Origin: Klebsormidium nitens
Lineage: Eukaryota > Plantae > Klebsormidiophyceae
Assembly: GCA_000708835.1 (NCBI GenBank)
Contig: DF237625.1
Location: 1-45,172, forward strand
Length of the DNA stretch: 45,172 bases
Direction: 5' to 3'
Positions 33,301 to 45,172 of the stretch are shown piece after piece. Both the position numbers and the translations under genes were made by a program. The notes under the pieces were generated by a model. It ran no database searches. It saw nothing but the letters and a program-made list of their open reading frames with translations, and was not told where the DNA came from. Every line of letters starts with the position of its first letter. Positions within the stretch are counted from its first letter, which is position 1.

Positions 33301-36300
33301 GCTCGGTCGCTGTCAGACTGCTGAGGCCCAAGTCCAGAAGCGGGGGTGCTTTGCCCCCGGACTGAGCGTCCAGTTCTTGCGCATCCAGTCCCAGGACTTG
33401 GGCGGCTGTCCGGCGGACGGTGTCCAGAACTCTGTTGAATGTCACTTCCTTTTCCTGCAAGTATGACAAAAGACCTCGTTTCGGTCGGGGCCTCCATTTG
33501 AGGATTTTCAGTGTTCGACAGCGCTTCAGAAGACCTCAGTAAACACCTCTTACTATCTTCAAACAAGCTACAGAAGAATCTCATAGAAACCTCTGGTCAG
33601 TCTTCTTTCATTTAGCCACGGGTACGAAGCACCTTGGCGTTGCCAGCTTCAGCTGACGGGTCAATGTGGATCTATTAAACGAGCAGAATTGACACAGGCT
33701 TTCCGTAAAAGTCGGGAGGTTGAGTAAGCAGATCGATACAAGGACGTCCAAGAAATGAGAGTGCTGCCATTAAGAAAACGAAGATTAACCTCAATTCAAA
33801 AGACCGGCTGCCATGCAATGGCATGAGTATCTTCAGATGAAGCTCATTTTTTGAAGATTGAAAGCGCTGACCTTCGTCTGTGCAGCGTTTGTAACTGGAG
33901 GAACCGAATTTTCTGACAGTGCTTCAAGACCCGCGTACATGGCTGCCACGTGGCTCTTCAGGAGCTCGTTCGCTGGGCCACGTGCTATCTCGCCCTTGAC
34001 CGTCCGGGGGAAGGTGACCTGTGGAAGGAACATGGTCAGTGAAACGTAATGTAGCGAAGCAGGGTTCCCGCTCTTTGCGTTATCCTCAACTCGTCTGTAA
34101 TTTCTGCTTATAATCTCAAGTTTCCCGAAGCGCGGGAGGAGAACTTCATCCACGTAGGCCACCTTCAAGGAATCCGGCAGCGAATTATTGCAGAAGATTG
34201 ACACGTGAATCGTCCGACGGACCCTTTAGCTTGGAAAAGTTTTGAATGACCTTTTGAAGTAACGGCAGTCACACCTATTTCCTTCACGTCGACCCACACT
34301 CCGATGCTCCTCAGAAAGAAAATATTGGGTGCAGAAAACCAGATTCCTGCTAGCAGGAAACCGCCCCACCTTTTGAGAATCTTCTTGGGAAAGAACGCAG
34401 ATCGCTCCTCGCGCGACCCACGAGCTGGACGGCATCCTCTTGTTGATGGCCTGGACCAAAGCCCACACCTGGCCTCGGACCCACTCCTGAAAGAGGAGGA
34501 GGATAGAAGTTTTTCACGACACAAATTGATTAAGTTGAACACAAAAGTGAAGCCTCGAAGTGGTCGGTTTGGAAGGCTGCGGATTGGGCTGTCTGACGAT
34601 TCAAACGTCAAGAGATCAGCAGCAACCTTGTTTTCTGGAGCGATCGATGGGGTCAGCAACTGACACCTTCTCTTGCATTTCTTGCAATCTTTCCTTGTAC
34701 TTGCGAGCATGAGACGAAACTGCTTGTAGAAATAGCTGGTTCATCAGCAGAAGCAGTGAGGTGGGACCTATCGCGGGCCAACTCCGCAAGGGTTCACCAA
34801 AGGACCTTAGAAGGCAATATCAAAGCTCAGCTCCAAGCAAGATTTTTCAGTTACGAGGAAGCTCCCGAGCATCTCTCGCTTTCAAAGGTCACAGAAGTCA
34901 CGAATGTTCGAGCGACGGATTGGGTGCACCATTCTTCCTGTTCTAGCCATTCAGCCAGACGTTACCGCGAGATCTCTTGCAGATGAGAAAACAATTTGAG
35001 TTAAAGCTGGATCTGACGTACCTCCTGGTCCTGACCTGCTGACGTCAGCTGCTCCACAGCCGCCCAGTCCGGTTTGACGACCAGCCCCGGCCGCGGGTAA
35101 CCGCTGCCCACTGCGATCGCATCCTGCAAGTGACACGTGTCATTTTGCAGATGATTTCCAATCAAAGCCGACAGCGCGGTATCGCTGATCAGGAACGGGT
35201 GCCACGTCCCCTGCACTAGCTCAGTGATACTTCGCGAGCAAGTGGTATCTGCTCGACTGCTCTCATTTTAGCTGCAGTCGCATGCTGACGTAAATCTTCC
35301 TTACGCTAACGGCCCAGCTTTTCGCGCAGGGGAGAACTGGCAGCGTCTCCAACACTAGCAGACACTGAAACAGCACTAGTTCACCTTCTTGTTTAACACG
35401 TAAAGAACCTTCCAGAGCTGACGCGTCCCACGGCAACCCTGCGGAAGTAGATGTTCCTAACCATCTTGCCTAAATCTGGTGGGCTAGCAGCCTGACCTGA
35501 ACAAACGGCAGCTCCTGGACCGCCCCCTCGAAGGCTGTCGGGTTGGTTTTCTCCCCGGTCGAGTGGACCAGCAAGTTGTCGGCCCGGATGACAGACTCGA
35601 TCCACGTGGCGCCGTCAGAGGATGGGGGGTAGACCAGGAAGAGGTCGCCCGTTTGGTAGGGGACGTCGGAAGACGGGGCGAGAGGGCGGATCTGTAAGAG
35701 GGTTTGAGGTCGTTTACAGAGGGTTGTAAGTGGGTTTAGGAAGGGCATCGAAAGGGTGGGAAGAGGTCGCCCGGGATGGGGTGAGAGGGCGGCAGCTGTA
35801 GAAAGATTTGCAGTCGTAACAGAGGTTACAATCAAGTTACAGGAGGTTAAGGAAAGGTGAAAAGTGAGCTTATAGAGGGTGTAAGGGTGAAATTACGATG
35901 AGATGACGGCATCAGAGTGGCAGGATTCTGCATTTACCGAAGCAGCCGCGACAGCATGGATCGTTGACTGTTAAGCACAAGCTCGAATCACCAGCAGAAC
36001 GTGCCATCTGGTTCTACTCTCGTGCATTCTTTTCTTTCCTCGTTTTCGCTATGCTGGCATTCTACACGCAAAAGAACCGAAACAAAGCATCTAAAGAAAG
36101 CATGCGAAACAGGAAGGGTATGAGCAGATATCTGTCTCCCGTCCCACCTTCATGTGTCCGGCTTGTCAAGATACCGACTGCAAGAACTCCTGCGCTAATC
36201 TCGGTCTAGTTTCATTTGATTGGGCTCTGCTGTCGGATTACACGAAGAGCATGGAAGAGAAAGATGAAATATCAAGATTAGGAGTTGGATGTTTTGCCCC

Positions 36301-39300
36301 CCTCCCACCTTCATCTGCCCGGTTTGCCGATCCACCGACTGTAAGTACCCCTGCGCGATTCCCGGAAGAGTCGCCAGAGCGCCTAATATGACGTGCCCAG
36401 GCACGGGGCTCTCCACAAATCGCACGTGATCTGCCCACCGGGGTCCCGGCAGTCTGAGTGCACTACGCGTAGGCCCCCCCCCGGGAATACCGATCGCCAC
36501 AGCGCCAATCTCCGTGGTGCCATAACCGTTGATCAAGCGGACGCCCCTGGGAAAAGAAGTAAATAGCGTATGTAACCTTAAGAGGAGAGATGACGATTAT
36601 GGAGTTGGGGAGAGTGTGCGGAGAATAGGTGAGCTCGAGGGGGACCATAAGCCTGCGATGCTGCGCACTAGGTCGCCCGATTTCCGCCTAAGAGGGGCCC
36701 CGTTTAGATCTAGGAGGCACGGTTCCAAGACACGGTTTTCCTTGGGACTTTGAAGGGTTTGACAATCTTGGCTGATGGTTTTCAAGTTTGACTGCGTTTA
36801 TGCATCTTTCGATCTGCTCGAACAGGCATTTTGTGACAGATGCTTGATTGGACCCTCCTTGTGTCAGTGCCAGGCAACAATGGCAAAAATATCTTGATAC
36901 GAACCTTTGCTTTGCCTTCGCACTCGCTAGCGTTCAAGGTGAGGCGTGAAACTCGATACACTGCAAACAATGTAGAATTGCGGGGAAGCAGAGATGTATC
37001 CGCTTTAGTCAAATAGATCGGCTGATTAATCGGATGCAATCATAGGGCTTTACCTTGACACCATGAACTTCCACGCCCAGTCAGCCAGCGGTGCTCCGCA
37101 GCACTTCAGCGAGTGTAGTGTTAAGAGTGTTGACAGCGTCTTGGAATCCCTGCGCGCATAGCACAAACGCAGGCATCAGATCTTCTTCCTTTGGAGATAG
37201 CGCGCCAGATGTTGATAAATCAGGTGACTGCGCTGGTTTCGCGCGGGCAAAGCTTACCAGAATCTGACTCGTTGTAAATATCGACATGATCCTGCAATGT
37301 TCGTTGCTTGCACCTTCCAACCATGTTTCAGAATGACAAGCGGGTACGACGGAGTGCTTTACCTATGTTTAGCCGGATAGCCAAAGAACAGGCTTTCTTG
37401 GCCTGTTAAATCCAGTTCCGTTCCTTCCTTGGCAGGAAGATAAGATTCCATCTTATCTTCTGCGAACGAAGAAATTGTACGGGGACCGACGAAAGGCCCT
37501 ACCCGTGCGGTTCCTCTTCCCGTTTGACCATGTGGCACCACTGCTCGACGATGATGGGGACCGCGAACATGAGGTGCGACCCGCTGTCCTCGATCGCCTG
37601 AAGGAGGCCCTCGGGGGTCGGCGCGGACGCGAACTGCGTGTCGGGGTTTTACAATTTCGAAACGTTAAAGGATCAAGGGTTTGGACGACGCAGGAAGAAC
37701 TTTCATCGAGAAATGCCTTCGCGAATTTGCACTAATTGTGCGCTCGGCGAGACGAATCTGGAGACTCAAATCTCTGGACGCTGCGCTTGTCGCTTAGAGG
37801 AGCAGCTTCTGGCAGAGCGCAGAGCAATAAGGAGGCAAGGAACATGCCGCCAGCGGAGCAAGCAGGTTCCCTTCAAACAAAACGGACTTAGCACTTTCAC
37901 GATCGTTTGATGTCTTCTGTGGATCTCTCAAGCTTTGATGGGGATTTTGAATACTTTTGTGTCGATTCCAAGAGGCGGCGACCCTTCGGATTTAAATCTT
38001 CTCTTTTGACGTAGAGCATTCGAAGCGCAAATTAGCTTTGACCGGGACGAAGGTAGACTCTTCGAACTGTCGATGGAAGATCTCCGTGTTTCTGAGCGGG
38101 TTTCACCCTTAGCTGAGGACAGCAACTCGATGGAACTCCGCCGGTGGCTGACTAAGTCGTATCGACCGCGAAAATTTGAGGACTCAGCCTTCTTAAAAGG
38201 TGAATCTCAACATGAAGCTAGACCTTTGGAAAACGCCGAATTTGAGAAGAAAGGGAAACGTCCGAAACGCACCGTAGCCGAGTAGTAGGGCAAGCCCGAG
38301 TAGAGGGGCACGCCGATTTCGAAGAACCCGACCACATGAAACAGGGGCATCCAGCCCAACTGGATGGGCGAAGTCCCCGGGGGAGCGTTTGATGAGTCCA
38401 GGTCCTGCGCGGCAAAGAGGCGTAATGATTTTGAAAAGCCTAAGGCTCTAGAACTCCTAAAGCTCACGAAAAGGAGAAGCAAGAGGAATGAAAGACAAAC
38501 GGACACCAGGATGCTCCTGACCAAAAATTCATCGGCTTTACGCGATGAAGTCCAGGCCAAATGAAGAAGTGGGGAAAAGGCTGGGCGCCGAAAGAAAGAA
38601 ACAGAGTGAAGAAAAGGAGCACGGGAGGCATTTGAAAGGCGAGACGAGTTATTTTGATCTAGGTTTCTGAAGACGACAACAAGGGCGGGTTTACGGACGT
38701 GCCTTGGGGCAGTTAGAAGTGCTAGCGGCAGTTTTGAAGCTCTGAAGTGTGCCGAGACGGAAGGCAATCTGGTAGTATCGGTCAAGCCAAAGGGCGAAGG
38801 CCGGAAGCTCTGGCAGAGGCACTCGTTTATGGTCCATCGCTCCGTCACGTCATCTCGAATCTCGTCGTCTCAGATTGGGCGTTACAATCATTCCTGCGAC
38901 CGCTCACCTCAGTCGCACGCGCTACTTCGACCAGGCTGTCGTGGCTGCGAACGACCTGCTTGGGCAGCCCGGTGGTACCTCCCGTGTGCATAATGACTGC
39001 CGGAGCAGATGCCTGGGGCGCGGCAGAAACATCCGACGGTCAGTTTCCAATTAAGCAAGCCATGTATTACCCCCTTGTCCCGCACCGATTTCAGAAAAGG
39101 CATCATTTTTCAAAGCTCCAAGCTTCGTAGAGTCCTCTTTCGTGTTCGAATAGCACCACAAACGTAGACTGTAATTGGTTTTGAAATTTGGACGAGAGCA
39201 GACTGGGCCTCGTGACAGCAAGTCCATCCAAACCAATGCAAGCCTGTCATAAAAGCTGTTCCACAACACCTGTTCTACTTTTCCACAGTGCATTACCGAT

Positions 39301-41592
39301 ATGCGTGGCGGACTATCTCTCGATTCTCAAACCTGATTTCTAAGAACTCACGTACAAGCGGCTCTCCGCCGTTCAAAAGCAGCCTGCTCGAACCTCAGAA
39401 CTGGTCGTACAGATCATAACCACTGGGTTATATCAACTATCATTAGCGTCATCAATACTCGCCCATTCTTCCCACCTCAGAGTAGTCCCAAACCTTCACT
39501 TCTGCCGCGCCCACGTGGCCCCCCTTTGCACCGTTGCTTTCCGCCGGATCGCCGTTCATTTCGCCATCCACTACACTTTTGTACATCGGAGGCAGGACCT
39601 TTGAGCCAGAGGCAACCGCTTCCGCCAGCGCGCCCTTGTTCAGCCGCAGGAGCAACGGGCGGTCTTCGACATCAAACGTCTGTAGTGTGCCGAAGTGCCG
39701 GTTTGAGATGCAAGAACTACTACGATTTCACGGAAGTTTAGACACAAATAATCGGGGCATTCAGGTCACAGCCGCAAAGGCATGTCAAGTGCTGCCAGGA
39801 GCGCAATGAGTGGTGCCTTTGGCTGGTCCAAGAAGGGCTTTACTTGAGTCTCAAGAAGGAAATCGCAAAGTTCGACGTTGCTGTGTGCCTGAAAGTTTGA
39901 GGCCGCCTATGTTACCTTCGAGATTCCCAATTCGACGAAACTGCTGACGAAATCGTTGGGCAAGATCAGCCGGGTTAGGTTTTGAGAACCAAGAGCGTGC
40001 TGAGCCGAAATGCTATGCTGAGCCGTACAAGTACTTCCCGGGGGCAAACGTTTGATCACTGTGTATGTGTTGAGAACTCACTTTCAACACTCGCTTTCCC
40101 GCAATCTCAGTCTCGGGAGAGACCAGCAGCACCGAAGGGGCGGATTGGGACACCAAGTGCTGCACGGATGAAGCTGGCATCAGCAACAACCTAAAGAATG
40201 GTGTCAAAAAGCGTGAGCAGCGTGCCCCACAGCCATAGAAGCTTCAAATCTCGTGTCCAGCCTTGACTCGTGCTCCGAAACAACTGGGGATTTTCCAAAG
40301 CTGNNNNNNNNNNNNNNNNNNNNNNNNNNNNNNNNNNNNNNNNNNNNNNNNNNNNCATGATATCACACCGACATAAGACCGCATGACAAAGCCCTGAAAG
40401 CGTGCCAAATTTCTGAGAATACCGGAACCGTGAACCCTAAGCCCCTACTTGGAAATCTCAGAAACACTGAAATAATGAAAAGCAGAAAAAACGAATGAAG
40501 GCCGCTTTAGCGCACCTGCAGCGCCTCGTCTCCGACGCGCGTCGAGAGGAGGACGGTGACCGCCCCCTGCAGCCACGCTGCAAACGAGGCCACAATGTAC
40601 TCTGGGGAGTTGCTCGCCAGGATGGCTACGCGGGCGCCCCTGCTGACGCGGCATCTGCCGTCCGACGAAGTTGCCACCTGGACCAATTGGGCCCGAGCCT
40701 GCGGTGGAAAAAGACAGGCCATGTAGCAAAGCAACAAAAGATTAAGTTGAGCAGAAGGTTCTCCATTATGTTGAATCGTTTCAATGAAAACATAAACAGT
40801 GCCACAGTCGTTTCATCAGGGGCCGGCAGGTAACTAGAAGGGGTGGACAGCGAAAAACGAGTTTAGCATGGTTCAACGCCTGTGAAGATTAAGGTGAGGG
40901 CACGTGCAGGATCGAGGGGTACTTCCACGTGAGCAGAGTAGATGAGTCAACCGAAGCGATGAGTCAAAAACATGTGTTCGAGGGGGGGCTTCAGCAGGGG
41001 CATTGGTACTAGTGCACGTGCGTCTCAGAAAAAAACCGAAGCAAGAAGTGGATCGAAGGCAAACTTATTTCCACTTGTCAGGGCTTGCTCCTGCAAGCTG
41101 CTCTCCAAAACATAAGCAACTTCTCCTCAATTGAGCAACTTCTGCAGATTGCCTATGAAGCCTTGCTCAAATAATTTACCTGAAAAGTCATTTGCTGATA
41201 CTGGCTGAATGTGACCGTGTGGTACCGTTCCGGGCCGTCTGCTCTCTGGTCCTTTGGATATTCATCGCCTGGGGTCTGCAAAAGCAGTTCGTAAAAAATA
41301 GTCAGCAGAAGGCAAAGCAAAGTCTAAACCTGAGAGTCTGAGTGCTCAATCCGCTTTCAGCAGCAACCTGCCTGATAAAACAGAGTTCCCTGCAGTGAAT
41401 CTGTGGATGAAATCTGTAAGCGTTCATCTCTTGGAAGAGTAAGTGGCAGCTCAAAAACGATTAAGCCAACCCCGGAAACCTGGTTGTAATCCTTACCTTG
41501 GGCAGCAACAGAAAGGGCTGGTCTCCTCTCTGCACCGATTGCAGAGCCAGCAGCTTGGGAAGAGTCCCAGCAGTGTGTCTCGGATCAGCCAT
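27359..41592 (-). CDS. NRPS-like A-T-R enzyme, copy 2 (inverted paralog), with an in-frame TAG at 28707-28705; possibly truncated or pseudogenising
   Basis: Exons 5' to 3': 41592-41497, 41275-41180, 40698-40516, 40159-40082, 39679-39476, 39012-38908, 38404-38273, 37633-37503, 37149-37054, 36546-36309, 35691-35497, 35123-35022, 34486-34370, 34018-33872, 33454-33293, 32930-32793, 32204-32097, 31770-31637, 31173-31000, 30774-30706, 30384-30264, 29940-29779, 29352-29264, 28780-28705, 28019-27891, 27418-27359. Motifs: IMHTGGTTGLPKQV, WMPLFHVVG, NGYGTTEIG, YQTGDLF, GEKTNP, FPRTVKG, LGLSSL, LTGATGFIGSH, GYALTK. Confidence 0.9.
32548..32638 (+). repeat. Near-perfect 46/45-bp tandem duplication in an intron of A-T-R copy 2
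   Basis: GCTACTTGTGATATCTAACATTGATCTTACGAGGCGGCCCGGAAA(A) occurs twice. Confidence 0.9.
40304..40355. other. Assembly gap (52 N) within an intron of A-T-R copy 2
   Basis: N run between exons 40698-40516 and 40159-40082. The paralog has no exon in this interval, so no coding sequence is expected to be missing. Confidence 0.9.
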
Positions 41593-43727
41593 GGATGACA
41601 AGATGGTGGTACGTATTTACTTCTGATGAGCTCTTTGCTGGGGAGGTGCAGGGTTCAGAAGTCCCTTGGGAATCAACGCAGCTTTGGTCTCTGGCGCTTC
41701 CTCTAGCGTTCAAACCCTCTCAGCATCTCCTCAACATTGCATTGCGCAATAAACGTTTCCTTCCATCCGGAACTGCAATTACTGCTGCTTGCATATCTTT
41801 GGAATGTTTCGAGCTTTAGTGTGACTATGCCGGGTCCTACATAGGACTGCCGCAGGCGAAGCAAAGCAGTGACAGCAGAAAGCGATGGCATTGCTTCGCG
41901 CATGTAACTTGGGTGCATTTTACAAGGACGTTGTTGAAGGGAGGAGCTCATTCGCGGACTCTCTCGGCTCGAGGGGACTGGAACAAGCACAAATGAGGTG
42001 CATAGATCTGGAAGGTTGTCTCCGTCAGCAATTATTCCAGACGGCACAGCAGTATAGTAATCTATTGAGCGTCGGTATCGAGAGCTGAACAAGATACTTG
42101 CTTGCGAGGCTGGCGTCAGCGGGTTTCCAAGAAGCAATAGCTCAGCACTTTCAAGATGATAATTTCCAACTTTCGACGCTTCGTCGAAGCTTAACAAATC
42201 AGACAAGAGCGGAGAACTATATCTGCTTCGTCGACGTCGTTCGCTCTTCCCAGCTGCTTGAAGCGAGCTGCGGCGCGACATCACGTGTTGAGAATGAGTC
42301 AAGTACTTGCGTCACCTTGAAGGATGCACTGCGCATGCACGCGCGCCGGCCTGATTCGCCCGGGGGCCGTTCGATCAATGTCTGCCGCGTCACGATGGCC
42401 CGACCGCGCACCGCGCGCGGGCAGTCGACACGCCTGGCTGCTGGCACCCGAATTGTCCCAAAACCTTGCATGAACCCTCGACTTCTAGGCCGCGCGTTGG
42501 CGGGCGCCGACAGACTTGGACGCGGAACGCCCCCGGGGGGCGGCGGCCCCGGCACCGGGCCGGCCGGGCGCATCTTTCTCCGTTATTTGAAGAGACGAAT
42601 TGAAAGCAGATGACAGTAATATGTGGCCGCAGATCGGGAAGACACCTTCCGACTTGCACCATACCTATCTTCAAATTTGCACGCATCCTTGACATACGGT
42701 CACGTTTCGATCGGACTCGAACGCCCCGCGCGTTGATCCATCGAGCTAGGAGAACTGAAGCAGTTTCGAACTCTCCAATCAAGCAGGTCAAAGATTCTAA
42801 CATGCACCAAGCTCTCCGACATCTACGAAATCTGTATGTATGGCAGCAACCGACAATACTGGAAATCTCTGCGTGTTATCCTAACGCTAACGCCAATACT
42901 ACATACCGGATTTGTCTGCAATCAAACCTACGAAGAAGACTGGCACGTCCTTACATCCGTGTGAATGGTTGGCATGATCATTTGCCAACCGGAAAGCCAG
43001 CGCGCTCAGGGCACGACCGCGATCCCGATTGCAGTTGTGCCCACGCCATTTTCTACCGTACTAAAGCGGCTTGTCCTTTAAGACTGACTGTCTTTTGACT
43101 CACGTCACTCTATAACTGATTACCGCTTCTGGCAACACGCGTGGAAGGTTCATGGAGTACACCACGTACTTAGAGTCGTGGAGCGAAGATGTTGTCAGTG
43201 CCGCTGTCGTAGCGACCGCTACTCGGCTGCGTCATCGTATGGATGGACGTCTCCTGCCAGATATGGAGCGTTCATGGTAAGAATACTTGGTTAAAGGCTG
43301 TAGTGACAAAACCTGCTTTTGGGAGGTTCTGAGTGGCTGCCTCCATGATTTCTCTGAAAATTCTTGCTAAGGAAGCGGAAGAGGAGGGTGTGCGGGGGTT
43401 TCAGGAGTAAAGGACGGATAGAGACGAGCTCAAAATTTGCCGTTCTTTCTTTCGGAAAGAGCCACGACATTGTCCATATTATTGCCCACGTCTACGAGCA
43501 GACGAATGTGGAGACGAAAGGACACACTCTTTCAACCAGGTACAATTGTCAAAGGAGGTCAAGGCAACGAAGGACTAAGACTTAGCTTGAGCTCACTCGC
43601 TAAGAACAACTACTGTTTGCAGATCCACCGCTTCAGCTTGTGCCGGAATTGGCGAGTTGCAATCGTACTTGTCCTGGTCCTCCTTTCTGACACCGCCCGC
43701 ATTAGGAACTCAAAGCGCTCAAAAATT

Positions 43728-44516
43728 TCAAATGATGTATGGCCTTCTGATCAAATCAACGCAATCCTCAGGTAACATGCTCAAGCGGCGGAGAAACAAT
43801 TGCTCGGTTCCTCTGCCTGGACGGAACCAAGTTATGAGCACGACAGACCGGTGCATCTGTATTCCGATTGATTCTAGTCCCTCAGCAGGGCGCACATGAC
43901 CTTTCACCGCCAAAGCTACAAGAAACACAGAAGATGAGCACTTTGACTCGTGATTTCTCGTGAGCAATATCCGCAGTAGACTCTCAAAGATTCTGTTGAA
44001 GAACGACCTCACCAGCTTTCCAAGTGCAGCTTTGCACAGCAGCATGTGGCGAGTCCCCTTTGCGTCCGGTTTGGCGTAGTCGTTGCTTACCTGGACACAA
44101 GAAACGTAGATTTCATGCTTTGCGGCACAATTGTACGCAAGATGACACCAAACAACTTGGACTCTCCTCCCTTTCAACACGTGAAGCAGTGCAACCTAGA
44201 AGCGACAGAACTCAAGGCTCGAAAGTCATCAGTTCTGAATGATGCCGCATTCTTCTACCTGAAGTCAAAGGTCTTGAACCCTCAGGTTTGGAAGGCACTG
44301 ACGTACAGCGACAGAGGCTCCCAAATAGACGCCGTTTCCATACAGTCTTCCATTCTCTGCGTAACTGAAGATCCCGAAGCCGTGCTGCGCGATCTTCTCA
44401 ATGTTGTTGACGGTCGACCCGTGCCAGCAGCGAACGACGTCTGCGTCGCCGCGCGCCTTAGTCAAGCAATCAACGGCAACCTGGAAGTGTTGCATCTTTT
44501 CCGGGCTGACTAACAC
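43728..44516 (-). pseudogene. PARP catalytic-domain gene (SRO/RCD1-like or mono-ART type); the 3' part looks degenerate
   Basis: Exon 44516-44307 reads GDADVVRCWHGSTVNNIEKIAQHGFG...GRLYGNGVYL and exon 44090-44013 reads SNDYAKPDAKGTRHMLLCKAALGKL. Downstream RGTEQLF...DCVDLIRRPYII* resembles the family motif GS.QF.PS...DSGVD...P..YIIW but has TGA at the Trp position and apparent frame problems. Upstream exons were not resolved. Confidence 0.6.
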
Positions 44517-45172
44517 CTGCAGGAAGATTGTTATCGTTAGCAACAACCATCAACGAGTTGACTACGCCAGGACGTTCTCCTCGTGTTTATGACATCTGTA
44601 TCCTGTTTTTAGATTTTACTTTTCGTCAATTTTTGATTGCCGCCTTATGTTAGCCTCTGGTGAGAGGGATTCTATTGGCCCACAGTTTGCGCAGATTTGA
44701 AGCGGTTGAGAGACCTGCAAGTGCTTTGATGGAAAAACAGAGGATGAGAACGAGACGCATCCCTCAAGCGCCTAGCTGGCTCGGTGCATCCCAGTGTTTT
44801 AGCAGAGCAACGAAGACACTCCGTAGCTTCCCTCAAGTCCCTTTACTTGCTCGTGAGCAATCTCGGTACGCAACATCTGTCTAGCGGTGCACAAAAATGG
44901 GCTGACGTTGTGAGATTCCTAATTCAACATGGATCGCCGTCTGTGTGACGGCGGGCGCTTGCCTCTTCCGTTGATTATATTTCCGATCAAAGGTTGGCAA
45001 TCTGATTTGCTTTCGATCGTCGAAAGCTCGTTTGTACGGCTTGGATTTGTAGTCGTGACACCACCGACCAAGCAAGCACGAAACTTCGGCGTCGAAGTCC
45101 GCGAACATGCACGAAGCGCGACACTGGGACTTGCACCATGCACTCGTCGGACCAAAAATGTTCGATTCGTAA

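Noticed and set aside
5623-41592. A-T-R enzymes making a Tyr/Phe-derived pyrazine, piperazine or coelenterazine-like luciferin
   Set aside because: Attractive given the CBP-like neighbour, but both A domains have His rather than the alpha-amino-binding Asp at A4, which argues against amino-acid substrates. Only an assay could revive the idea.
41700-43100. Several 118-199 aa ORFs around a GC-rich tract
   Set aside because: They overlap on both strands, have low-complexity Arg/Pro/Gly content and no motif. They are more likely promoter or repeat DNA, although a degraded gene cannot be excluded.
1-45172. Prokaryotic operon, rRNA, tRNA or CRISPR features
   Set aside because: All genes are split by spliceosomal introns, and no structural RNA or repeat-spacer array was recognised.

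Overview
Intron-rich eukaryotic genomic DNA with GC-rich exons and GT-AG introns of mostly 200-700 nt. The style suggests a green-lineage alga such as Klebsormidium, but this is inference only. The ORF track is mostly misleading, so genes were rebuilt by hand from splice sites. Gene order: (1) a SAM-dependent COMT-type O-methyltransferase (+, about 1454-4303); (2) a single-module NRPS-like adenylation-thiolation-reductase (A-T-R, carboxylic-acid-reductase type) gene with at least 26 exons and about 1110 aa (+, 5623-20197); (3) a 3-exon, 215-aa EF-hand protein of the sarcoplasmic Ca-binding / Renilla luciferin-binding / aequorin superfamily (-, 21845-23480); (4) a repeat-like spacer; (5) a second, inverted A-T-R paralog with the same exon structure, a diverged substrate pocket and an in-frame TAG in its reductase domain (-, 27359-41592); (6) an apparently degenerating PARP-catalytic-domain (SRO/RCD1-like) gene (-, 43728-44516). 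The most interesting reading is a compact small-molecule biosynthetic gene cluster (methylate, then adenylate and reduce an aryl/acyl acid) with a nested Ca2+-switched ligand-binding-type protein. The 695-N gap inside the first A-T-R gene appears to be an assembly artefact.
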